Of a stretch of DNA of 64,000 nt, positions 12,895 to 24,014 are shown one piece after another. Below the pieces are notes generated by a model that was given only the letters and a program-made list of their open reading frames with translations, was not told the DNA's origin and ran no database searches. This DNA is from Hydrurus foetidus (Eukaryota): NCBI GenBank assembly GCA_900617105.1, contig UYFQ01000683.1, positions 1-64,000 on the forward strand. Direction: 5' to 3'. The position numbers and the translations under genes were made by a program. Numbering within the stretch: the stretch's first letter is position 1; the number at the start of each line of letters is the position of its first letter.

Positions 12895-15800
12895 TCAGGT
12901 GATGTTGAGTAGTAAATTTCTTAGAGCTCTGAACTGTTCTCCTTGTAGGGGTTTGGTCAGCATATCCGCTAACATCTCTTTTGTCGGTTTGTAAGTCACT
13001 CGTACTTCTTTATTTTTTATCCGGTCGGTCAAGAAAAAGTACCGTATGTCAATGTGTCTTGTCCGTTCGCTGTTCGATCTCCCGTTGGTAATAAGTTGGA
13101 TGGTGGATTTGTTGTCTTGAAATATGATGGCTGGTCTGTTTGTGTATCCTTGGGCTATAATAAAGTATCGGGTCCAAAGCACTTGATTCGCTGAATCGCT
13201 AAGTCCCACCAACTCTGCCTCCGTACTCGACTTAGTTGTAAGTTTTTGAGTGGAGCTTTTTGCATAGATGGATCCTCTGCCGAGGGTGATGGTGCTTCCC
13301 GTATGACTCTTCATGTCTTGGTGGACCCCATATGATGCATCTGTGTAGGAGATGACAGTCAATGGATCGCCAATAGTGAGGGTAAGTCCAAGGTCTCGGG
13401 TACCACGTATGTACTGTATGGTACGTTCCAGCTTCTTCATATCATCCGTCTGAGGCTTCGTCACTCTCTTTGTCAAAAATGCTACCGGCGTTAGGATATC
13501 CGGTCTTGATCTTTTGCTAAGATAAAGCAACTTGGCTGTAATAGAATGAAAGTATTCACGAGCAGAAGTGGTTAACAATGGGTTAGTCGCTTCCGGTAAA
13601 ACCGAAAATAAATCCGGCTTAGCCGGTGTCGGTGACACCCCTAGAATATCCTTACAGTCTTCTAGCAGCTCCTTGATGAATCCTTCCATGTTATAATAAC
13701 TTTTCCAGCTGTCTCAAAATTGAAGGTCATACCTATGTAATTAAGTACTTTTCCTCGATGTTTTGTTAGTCCAGGGTATAGGTTTTCAATTTCATCAATA
13801 ACATAATCAACATGTTTTTCATCACAGCAAGTTATCATCATGTCATCAACGTGGATTATTAGTGTAGTTTGTTTATTATTAGATTCAGTTCTGTTAAACA
13901 CACATATGTCATAAGGGTTAACAGTATACCCTAATAATGATAAGTCATGTGAGATTTTATCATACCATAATTTAGCAGATTCTACACATCCATACAATGC
14001 TTTTTTCAGTTTAACAATGCATGTGCCTTTATCATTAACATATTTGGTATATGATTTATCAATGGATATTAACACTCCAGTCAAGTATTTATTCAGTCGC
14101 ATATATACAGTGTGAGTGCCCTCTAAAGGCATATCACTATTCAAAAATGCACCAGGAAAATCAATTGTAGCAATCGATCTACATTCATATGCAGCAATTG
14201 AAGCAACAATAAACACACTAGTAGTACTAACAGTGGGTGAAGATCCATTATCATATATATCTCTGTCTTGTAAGTGGCCTCCTGCTACTAATCTAGACTT
14301 AAGCTTATCGAATTTTCCATCTGCTGTATACTTATCCTTTAAAAACATGCTACTAGTTATGATGTTACTTCTTTGAGTCTGACTAAGAGAGCTGATCAAC
14401 ACTCCCTCCCAAACATCTTTTTCACACATCTGTTGCATCTCTTTTCTAATGGAATCTACAGCAATATTGCCTAACTTATCAATGCTATCTTTAACAGTCA
14501 TGTTGAAAGCATATGAAAAATTAGTTGATGGTACAGGAATGGCAGCATTACATCTTATAGTGTAATTTCCTCTCCTAGCTACCCATCTACCTGGTTGGTG
14601 ATTTCTAGCGCTACGTCTCAAAGCAGGCTGTTCTATCTCAGGTAGTGCATCAGTATGTACGTCATCAATAGCGTACGTATCATCAATAACATCAGGTAGT
14701 TGATATGGTGTAAGTACTTCATGTTCAGTGTACACATCATTTACATCAGGTGTAACGTAGTCAGTTAAAGTATCGTCATACTCAACATGTTCAATGTTCA
14801 CATCATCAGTTTCTATCTGTGTGTAGTCATAATCATCTTGATTATTTGTTTCACTCATATCATAAATATCGGGTACATCAGGTATGTTATTAATGTCATT
14901 CATGTCATTCATTATGTATGGAACGGGTGCATCATGCTGTACGTTCATTTCATCAACATAAGAATCATCATACATTTCATCAGCGTGAGGTGTGTCTGCA
15001 TGGCTAAATCTAAGCATGTTATGATCGTATATATTTTCATCGTCATAGTCAAGTCCATCATCAAATATCACACGCTTATTCTGCTCAAACACAGGTTGAT
15101 TAGTATTATTATTTCTATTAATCTTTCTCTTCTCAGATAATCCATTAATATACTTAATAACTTCATCAGGCATAGGTAATGATGTGGCTTTAGTACGTTT
15201 TACTATCTGTTCGTTACTGAGTAACATGTAATACCAAGATCCTTCTAGGTTGCCTGCACTCATCAGAGCGATAGCACCTGAAGTTCTGGCTTTATTACTG
15301 TTATCAATATTGTCAGAATGTACTTGAACGTAGTCACCAAAACCATGTTTCAGTTCTTTATCTACGTTAATCTTTCTACCGTATAGTTTCTCCCTAGGGC
15401 TAACATAGTCAACAGTGTTCCTAGTCGGAACCAACACTATACGGTTAACAGCATATCTAACTAACCATCCTACTAACTTCTCGGTTAACTTAAAAGGTAA
15501 TGTGTTAATGACTGCTCTGACTCTCTCTTTAATCTGTCTTATCTTACGCTCAACTACTGTGACTGCCTCACCTGCACCTGTCGTATCTAGTGCAGTACCT
15601 ATACTAGCTAACTTAGTTTCAAACCAAACTGAATTGATTGCGCCTTCGCCATCAACTCTAACTAGATTTAATCTGAAACCATACTTAGTAATATGCCTTA
15701 TGTCGCTCTCTAGGCTAGTCCACAGTGTAAGGTTGGCTCTATTATTTAACTTATTTACCATAACGTATTCTAATGGCTTAACAACGGCAATTAAAAATGG

Positions 15801-16703
15801 ATTGCCGTTAACAAACATAATGTCTATATACATTATTTGGTTCAAATCCTGAATATTACAGTGGTTGCTCATCTTCAACCTGTGCCTGATGGCTTGGCGT
15901 TTTGCCCTTTAGGGAGCCCAAGTCAGGACCCCAGATATCCAACGATCTAACTACGTCTTGTGCTGTAATGTTACTGTTAACTAGTTTACCTTGTCCTATC
16001 AGCTTAACTAACTGACCTGGACTAACGTAACCTAATTTCCTCTGATATTCTCTAGCTAACTCGGCCTGTTTGACCTGTCTAACTGTGTACTTTTTCTTCT
16101 TATCGTTCACAGTAGTAACTAACATTAACTTAGGTTTACTTACCATAGTACTCAAGTTGCATATATATATATTATATTTAATATCCCTATTGAAATAGTA
16201 ACAACATCCACCTTTTCTTATTTGCAAACTGTAAAAATCTCCCTTACAATTGTACTTCACTGAGTAACTATTATTTACCATGTTTGCAAAAGATAAAATG
16301 TTGGCTATACAGTTTGGGTCGTAGTAAACTATTCCGAAATCCGTCCTACCGCACTCTGTAATCGTTAACGGTTCTCCTCTAGAGTTTACTCCATTAACTA
16401 CCATAGGTGTGTGTGCAGGTACAATATCATAAAACAGTGTATCGGTTCTAAATACAGATTCACCAGCACAGGTATCAAGCAACAGCAAATCATCACCAAA
16501 CACGTCAGGATTGTCTGTGATATCTATGCTAGATATGTTACTAGCTACTGCTATGATATCCGTCTTTGAATCTTTGTCATCTATGTATTTTATTTGTACA
16601 TATTTAGATATACGTACGTTTTTATGATTATTATCCACAACATTAGTCACACTATTATTCACATTACTAGCTATGTGATCATGTAAAGAATCATATAAGT
16701 GAC
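12895..16703 (-). CDS. pol: Copia pol polyprotein (protease, integrase, reverse transcriptase, RNase H), interrupted by two single-base frameshifts (~15860, ~13689)
   Basis: Protease LLLDTCAGESVF; integrase YIDIMFVNG...RVDGEG...VVERKIRQIKERVR; RT KLKSRLVAGG, IDFPGAFLN, KLKKALYGCVES, IIHVDDMMI; RNase H YTDASYG, KSSTEAEL, FQDNKS, RHIDIRYFF, MLADMLTKPL. Confidence 0.95.
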
Positions 16704-17936
16704 TTACTTTCCCTTTCCTTTGCCGGGTGGTGTCGTGTTCTTGCCTCCTGGGCTCTTGCCTAGCTCCTCCCCCCAGTATTGGGCTATCTGCTCTGCTGCT
16801 TCTCCTCTGCATTCAAATGCAAAGTGTCCGAATTTACCGCAGTTGTTACAAGGACCACGCTTGTATCCCTTTGGTGGTGTGGCTGTGGCTGTGTAGGCAG
16901 CGACTGTATGGAATCCCTTCTCGCTGCTAGTACTGTCGGGTGAGTCGGCCCCATCCTTCACCCACTTAGCGCCAGGCGCGCTCTTCCCGTTATGTCCTCC
17001 GGGATATCCTCCGCGACCTCCTTTCTTTCCTCCTCTACCAGTCATGGAAAAAGCGTTCGCACGATCCATGGCTCCAGGAGAATTATTATTCTTCTTGGTC
17101 GGTTTGTACTTGGATGCCTCGATGTAGGCGCTCTCCAAACAGTCGGGCCAAGTCTTCAGACTATTAACGTAGTAGTTCTTGAACTCTGCGTAATGGCTGT
17201 TCAATCCCAGTATAAACTTGACAGCCATTATACCCTCCGGGTAGATTTCATCTAGCCCCGTCCTGCCAGCCGCCTCAAATGCTTGTTGGATAGCAGTGAG
17301 TGCCGACTTGAAATTGGTCAGGTACGTGCTTAGATGCTCGTAGGGTTGCATTATCAAATGATCATAACGCTGTTGGATGTTATGCATTTGATGTTCTGCT
17401 CCAAGAGTAGAATCTCCCACATGTGTTGCCAGTATCGCTTGCAACAATTTGCGTGGGTTTTGCTCCGGTTCTGCTTGAACTCCTGCAGCCACTTCCTTCA
17501 CTCGAATCTTCGAGCTTTCGGACATCTGTCCTACCATGGCTCCGTAAAGGTTCTGCTTATCCTCTTCCAGCTTAGTTCTATTCTTGAAGAACTCTACTTG
17601 TTCGACCTCCCCGAGTTTTCTCTCGGTTGGAGTAGCTCCTTCAGCAGGTGGCTCGGGTATGGGTAGTACGGGATAATCTCCTAAGGTTCCGTCCGCACCA
17701 AAGATGAGACTTACTTTCGACTTGAAAGTAGTCATTGAATACTCCTTCATCTTTCCCATAAACTTGGTAACCGTTCCAGGGACAATGTCCTTTCCCGGTG
17801 GTAGATCCAAGTATGTCCCAATGGTCGGGATGCTTCCCTTATGATGGTTCCCAGCGCCAGCTCCTCTTCCGCGACCAGCAAAATATCCTCCTCCTTTACC
17901 ACGTCCTTGTGGCGGAGGGTTTCCTCTCCCTTTCAT
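16704..17936 (-). CDS. gag: Copia gag (410 aa) with CCHC zinc knuckle
   Basis: Intact ORF starting 40 nt after the 5' LTR, with RGG-rich segments and CNNCGKFGHFAFEC (CX2CX4HX4C). Confidence 0.92.
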   Translation of the reverse strand: MKGRGNPPPQGRGKGGGYFAGRGRGAGAGNHHKGSIPTIGTYLDLPPGKDIVPGTVTKFMGKMKEYSMTTFKSKVSLIFGADGTLGDYPVLPIPEPPAEGATPTERKLGEVEQVEFFKNRTKLEEDKQNLYGAMVGQMSESSKIRVKEVAAGVQAEPEQNPRKLLQAILATHVGDSTLGAEHQMHNIQQRYDHLIMQPYEHLSTYLTNFKSALTAIQQAFEAAGRTGLDEIYPEGIMAVKFILGLNSHYAEFKNYYVNSLKTWPDCLESAYIEASKYKPTKKNNNSPGAMDRANAFSMTGRGGKKGGRGGYPGGHNGKSAPGAKWVKDGADSPDSTSSEKGFHTVAAYTATATPPKGYKRGPCNNCGKFGHFAFECRGEAAEQIAQYWGEELGKSPGGKNTTPPGKGKGK

Positions 17937-17964
17937 GGTTGAAATATCTTATTGCAACCTATGA

Positions 17965-17975
17965 AGTGCTAATTA
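17965..17975 (-). other. Non-tRNA primer-binding site complementary to LTR positions 18116-18126
   Basis: Minus-strand TAATTAGCACT directly abuts the LTR end and is the exact reverse complement of AGTGCTAATTA within the LTR. There is no TGG (tRNA CCA complement). Confidence 0.7.
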
Positions 17976-18334
17976 TGTTGGAATGAATGGGCTCACAAGG
18001 GCATACGTATGTGCCTGTACGGATATTACAAGCTCCCCACTGCTCTCTCCGAGGGCTCTTTACTCGTCGCAACTCGTTTGCAAGAGAAGAGTTGGTATCG
18101 GGTACGAGATTGGGTTAATTAGCACTGCAACGGTGCAGTGATTGCAAGTTGTCAAAGTTGTATTGGTACTAGTCGTAGTGTCTCTAGTCTACGTGTGTAT
18201 GTCGTATGTCAGGCGTTTCAAACAGCATGCACGTACGACCGAGGGTTAATTCAATACGGATAATAGCATCACAATTTGTATTTTGTATATCAGTGTATAT
18301 TCAGTATACGGTTATTTTATATGATATTACAACA
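17976..18334 (-). repeat. 5' LTR of Copia element
   Basis: TGTTGG...ACAACA termini, followed by TSD AGGCG. Confidence 0.97.
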
Positions 18335-18550
18335 AGGCGTACATATAATACATAGGAAGCAATAGCTATTTGTCAGGACATCTCTGATTATTATGACATT
18401 GACTCCCTCAACTCGAGACTGGTATTTCTCGAATAATTAAGCTGGAAATAATATCGACCCTTCTCACAGTGTAGTACCGTCGAGATGACGCCATTTTTCA
18501 GTGATAATCCAGTCTATTGGATTTTGCTGGGTGCATCCTAGTTTCCTGCT

Positions 18551-21500
18551 ATGTCGGGATGCACGGTATGGGTTTCATGTGATATATTTCGCAGGGCAGA
18601 CATTCTTATCGGAGGTGCCCGAGAAGTGACCGCACCGGGTCAGAACATAAGAGAGGGTATAGAGCTTCTACTAAAAGGTAATCTCACAAATGATGGGGAC
18701 AATGCCGCATCCCGGACGGGTAGTGTGGACGCGTCAACCTTGCTCGCGAAAGGATTTACAATGTTGCGCAATAATCCTTACGAGGCTCTCGGACTGCAAG
18801 CGGGGGCGAAGACACAAGAAATACGGAAAGCATACAAAAAAGCAGCTTTACTCTATCACCCCGACAAAAATCCGAAGACGACACCACTGTTCCAAGCAAT
18901 TCAACTCGCGTGCGACAAGCTATCAGATAGAGAGGAGAGAGTAGAAGTAGAGAGAGAAGTTGAGAGACGCCAGCGAACGTCAGTGGCTCCTGTTGCATCC
19001 GTGAACAAGTCATATTCATACAAGCAAGATCCTCAGCAAAAGAAGCAAAATAAAGAGAAAACATCCAGCTCACAATCGCGACAGGAAGAGTCTACTCCTC
19101 AGTTCAAGAGGGACAATTTATATGAGCGTTACTATTCCGATGAGCCGAATGCAAGAGGCGGTGCAGGGAAATCCCAGGTGCCTTCGCAGCAAGATTATCG
19201 ACAACGTCATAACGAAGCCGTTGAGGAGGTGACGAAGAGGGCGAAGTATGCAGCCGAATCTGCTCGAAGATGCGAATACGAAATGAAGGCCAGAGATGCC
19301 GCTGAAAAAAGAGCATTTGAATTAAAATTTGTCGCCATGAGGGAGGCGGCAGCTCAGAAGCAGCGGGACAAGGACGGACTCGTGAAGGATGGACAGAAAC
19401 AATATTTCGATGAACAAGCAAAATTAAAATTGGAAAGGATTGCGAAAGAAAGAGCGGTTGCGGAAGCAGCCATGGCAAGTCGAAGAGCTATGTACAGCAA
19501 CATCACATCAACAACTCCTGACTCTAGTGTTCTACCGAGCAGTTACATGTACAGAAAGGCCTATCCTGAAGCAGCAAATCTCCGAGGGCTCAAGCTTGCG
19601 AGTCCACGTTCATCGAATGTTCCAGGGTTCAAAGCGCCCACTTCATCAGCAGGCGCGAAGGTGAATACAGCTGACGGAAGGCATAGCGATGCAGGAAGCA
19701 AGGATATACCTGTGACTGTGCCTGTAAAGGAATGTGAAGGTGTGAACGTACCGCAGACGAGCGGCAGTTGCAGTGCTTACAGCAAATCTCAAGCGACAAG
19801 AACCCGCAAGCACATCGTCTCCATCCCAGGTGACTTCAGTTGCGCAGCAGTCAGTGACTCAGCAGTGGAGCTGGAGTGGAAGAAATCCGTAGTTTCTAGT
19901 GTTCCTGTGCTCATTCAACTGAGCTGGCGGAAGCAATGCGCCCTTGCCCAGTGGCAGTCTGCAACAAGATTGATTAGTGGACAGAAATGTCGCAAGAACA
20001 ATCTTGACTTGGGTTCAGTGGGAGGGTCGCTCTATGAGTTCCGCGTAAGGGCCATCGAAGATCTGCCAGGAGGAATGCTTGGTACGATAATGCTTCGATT
20101 TAGTCGGTCATCTGCAGATAGAATTAAGTGAACCGTCTGTGCGCTGCTTCATTCCACTGCATATAAGACAACGGATCGTTATTACAGTGCTGAAATTGCT
20201 CACAATCGACTGCAATTGATACTTGTGTTATCACCTGACTCACAGTACACTATTTTCCTGAACACTTTTCAGGCGATCGCAGCGAATGGAGTAGCATCAT
20301 ACTCGTGGGCACCTTTAAGTCGAAACAGAGCAACACTGCCGCGTACGCTCCAGGACTGCCTATCAAAGAAAAAATGTCGAAAAAGTATGTTCCAACAAAG
20401 ATTGTTCCTCAGCCGCTGGTTCCTCCAGTTGTTCTCCCCACGCCCCAGCAGGTGTTCAAGAAGTCAGAACACCTCTCCTCTGCATGGTCCCCTGGGATCA
20501 CTCCTCTTCATGTCCCCGGTGTGGGCGTTCCAGTAGCAGCTGTCAACGGCAAGGGCTCCATTCCCGTTCCCCCGACCAACCCCCTTGTAGCTACACCCCC
20601 TTCCACTGCTTTGAATAGGTACCCCTCTTACATCCACAGAGAATCCAAACCCTCCACAGCAAGGGTTAACCTTGTAAGGGATCCAGTAGCCTCCAGAAGT
20701 GGTAGTATTTCGACTGGGGTGGCCAATAACTCTCAGGCAGCAGCCACTGTCATAGCAGCGCCGCAGCCTCCTGAAAGTGCTAAAGTCGAGACCAGTCCTG
20801 CGGCGGGTCTGTCTGGCCGGAGACAATCCGGCTTTCACCGTGAAGCAGTCGATCTCCATAAAGAGGATGTTGCACATGTTGTGGATGATATAACGATGGG
20901 GGTGAACATGGTGGAACTGAGTGATCAGGAGGACAGCGAAGACTTGATATCAGACGATGACGGCAGCAACAGCACCACCAGCAACAACAGCAATAGCAAT
21001 AGCAAGATCGCCGCGGTCAAATCTTTTAGAGAAAAGCGCCTCGCCCAACCCGTCACCCTCAGCCACAAATCAAGCGGGTCGTCCCCACTGCTGAATAATT
21101 CGTTCACCCGCACGGCTTGGGAGGGTATGTCGTCAGGGGCAGCTGTTAAGGGCCCTGGACTGGACATCACGCCAGCTGCACTCCCTAAACCCTCATTGCC
21201 TAAGAGAATGAAATTGAGGGAGAAAAAGAGGGAGAGCGCTTCTCTCTCTTCTGATGAAGAGTACAGCGAGGACATTGAGGAAGATGAAGAAAGTGTCATG
21301 AAGTCCATGTCGCAATCCTTTGCAGAAATAGAGCACACAGAAGCTGACGAATTCATCGAGGATGAAGAAGAAAAGGGAGGGAACTCTTTACCGGACGGCC
21401 CACGGCTAAAACCTCGAATGCACTCTGAGATCGAGATTTCTGCGGAGAAAAAGTCTCCGACACACAGAGTGCGGATTGCGAAGAAAGTATTGAGGAAAAA

Positions 21501-22346
21501 CAAGATCCGCATCATCAACACCAGTGCTCTACCTCCAGTGGAATCCAATCCGAACACACACATTGAGAGGCTGTGGTTTGAGCTGCGACCCCCTAAGGGA
21601 TCTGGAGAGTACGAACACCCTGTACGTGAAGAACCTTTAGCGGGTGCTAGTGTAAGGGGATTCCTGCTACCCGGTAAAAGCATTCTCGCCCAGGCGGTCG
21701 TTGGCACGTGGGCTAAAGTGCGATATCACAAAAAAGCGGGGAGAGGCACTGCAGGTCGATCGGAGGGTTGGGGCTGGTGTCCTCTTCAAGACAGCAAGTC
21801 GGGGCACACGTATCTAGTGAGATTTGAAATAGACGATGACGAGGTCAAAGATGAGGTGGGACTACCCGAACTTGCTCAGATGAAAGAAGACATCACAGAG
21901 AGTGTGCCCATCATCCTGGCTAACAAAAGGAAAGCAAATAACACCTCCTTCATGAATGCGAAAAGGACCCCTGCTGCCGTGAAGACGAATAGTCTGAATA
22001 AGATTGAGGAGTGGCATGAGCGGTATGACGATGATGGTGGGTACAGCTATTACTACAATGTGTGTTCCGGAGTCAGCAGCTGGGAGGCACCGGAATGGGT
22101 GCAGGAAGAAGACCTCGTCTCGAAGACCATGTGAGTCACTGACTGTCAGAATGAGTGACTTCGTGTGTGTGTGTGAACCCATCAACTATTATTTTGTTCT
22201 CATTGTTAGCGTTTACTAACGCTACTGTTCATTTCGCAAATACCAGATACTACATGCAGCTTAATGTATCCGATGGAACACCTCTAAAATCGACCTGGAC
22301 GAAGCCGTCTACGCACGCTAAGTTGATTCGGCGCGTGCAACCGTGA
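18551..22346 (+). CDS. J-domain (DnaJ) protein with fibronectin type III, SH3-like and tandem WW domains; introns 20082-20272 and 22131-22246; start uncertain
   Basis: NPYEALGL...IRKAYKKAALLYHPDKNP (HPD motif). FN3 VELEW...YEFRVRA|GDRSEWS is completed by splicing. PVREEP...GTWAKVRY...EGWGW is SH3b-like. WW domains EWHERYDDDGGYSYYYNVCSGVSSWEAP and WVQEEDLVSKTIYY...STWTKP. Confidence 0.85.
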
Positions 22347-22613
22347 CAGCAACGCATCAACTATTTTAATGCGTTTTTATTTCTGTTTCCTTCATCTATT
22401 GTGAGTTCGCGAGTTGAATCGACAACCACAGCCAATCTGGAAATCCAGATTACTAGGTTACGATAGTCGCGTCTTATTCAAACTTGCAAAGTTTTGGATT
22501 GAGTCTGCCGTATCAATTATTATGTTGAAATGCATTGACAATAATATATGTAAAATATGAGATAAATCATGATTAAGTACGATTGCAACAATCATGGAAC
22601 TTGTGAATTGTGT

Positions 22614-23479
22614 TCATCTGTCGTCATTGAGAGTTGTCCTCTTCCTTGGTTTGAGTTTGCCAGTTGCAAGCAGCTCAGCAATATCTGGATCAAGTGAAAG
22701 AGGAAGGATTCCTGGTTTGTATCTGCCATGAAAAATAGAGTGAAATAATTATCTCATATCAGCAAATTTGTAACGCCGTATCGCGAGTTGTCACTTAAGG
22801 AAACATACCTTCTCACGGGCATGCCCTTAGGGTCAATGAGGAACTTCTCAAAATTCCATGAAATCTTCTTGATAGAGTCCGTTGATGTTCCCAGTCCTTC
22901 GTATGCCTTTAGTTTAGTGTACAGAGGGGAAGAACCTCCACCATTGACCTCGATCTTATCGAAAATTGGAAACTCTACAGCAAACTGTGATTTCATTTCC
23001 TTCCGAATTCTTTCCACAGACTGAGGCTCCTGGGTCCCAAACTGGTTGCAAGGGAAAGCTAGGATGGTGAAGCCATCCTGTTTGTATTTGTTGTACAACT
23101 TCACCAAATCATCATACTGGGGCGTCAGAGCGCACTGCGATGCCACATTTACAATCAATGTGCCCTTTGACCCCAAATATTCTCCAATGGGCTTCGATAC
23201 CCCATCATAGGTAATTGTAATGTCGCTTATTCCAACTGAAGTATCTATAGCTGCTTTACTTGCAAGCGGTAGAAGTAGGACAGACGCCAATGCAGCGCCG
23301 GTAAATTTTAGGACATCCCCTCTGAAAAACTGATCGCGGGTGGTTGTTGGCTCTTGGTACATTAAATGCGCTGCATTTTGCCTTTGTGATTTCGGTTGAA
23401 GAACATAAGTGCTGCCGAAAGAAAAGTACATCCAAACAAAGAGCCCCCTCAGTACGGAGGCCATGCTCGGAGTCGCCAT
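22614..23479 (-). CDS. GPX: Glutathione peroxidase family protein (Cys-type), probable bipartite plastid targeting; intron 22723-22808
   Basis: LIVNVASQCALT, ILAFPCNQFGTQEP, ISWNFEKFLID. The last exon YKPGILPLSLDPDIAELL...DDR* follows splicing. A hydrophobic signal-like N-terminus precedes a RGDVLKFTGAALA segment. Confidence 0.93.
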
Positions 23480-23744
23480 CCGCAATGCTTTCCGCTTTTT
23501 CGCGAACCTCGGTAGTCTTCGCGGTAGAAGGATGATTGTTCAGAGTTCTCAGTGTGACTGCTCGAGTTGCATCGATTGATGTGGTTGCAATCTCAAAACG
23601 TCATCCTAGAATTACACGGTACTAGAAAGTGGTCTGATCGAACATCCAGCAGAGCATCGCACCTCTTCACAACAGTACATAGCACATAGCACTACTTTTT
23701 CAAGAGAAGTATTCATCGGAGCCATTTGTGAGGTCCAGACGTGA

Positions 23745-24014
23745 ATGGATTACATGGACGGAACTCCTGTAAAAGTATTCGCCTCCGTCAACCTAAACAC
23801 AATCAAAGTCGAACAAGCACTGCTTGATTCTGTGGCGAACCTCTCCAAGAGCTCAGAAAGAGCCTGCGATGTTCTCGAAAAATCAGTCGCAAAGTTTGAA
23901 CAACCTATCACCATTCTTATTTTAAGCGTCGCTTTCGGCATCGTCGTGGTGTCCGGTGCATACTTTATCGGAACAGTTGGAAACATTTCGAAAACTTTTA
24001 AAAAAAAGGATTGA
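23745..24014 (+). CDS. Small (89 aa) C-terminally anchored membrane protein, unknown function
   Basis: ATG-initiated ORF with a helical/coiled region, one hydrophobic helix (ITILILSVAFGIVVVSGAYFIG) and a basic tail. It is divergent from GPX. Confidence 0.55.
   Translation: MDYMDGTPVKVFASVNLNTIKVEQALLDSVANLSKSSERACDVLEKSVAKFEQPITILILSVAFGIVVVSGAYFIGTVGNISKTFKKKD

Larger units (their letters stand above)
12073..18334 (-). mobile_element. Full-length Ty1/Copia LTR retrotransposon (6262 bp)
   Basis: Two 359-bp LTRs with TG...CA ends and a 5-bp TSD AGGCG (12068-12072, 18335-18339). Domain order is gag-PR-INT-RT-RNaseH, which is diagnostic of Copia. Confidence 0.97.

Noticed and set aside
22754..23485. 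Selenocysteine-type GPX
   Set aside because: The active-site codon is TGC (VASQCALT), not TGA.
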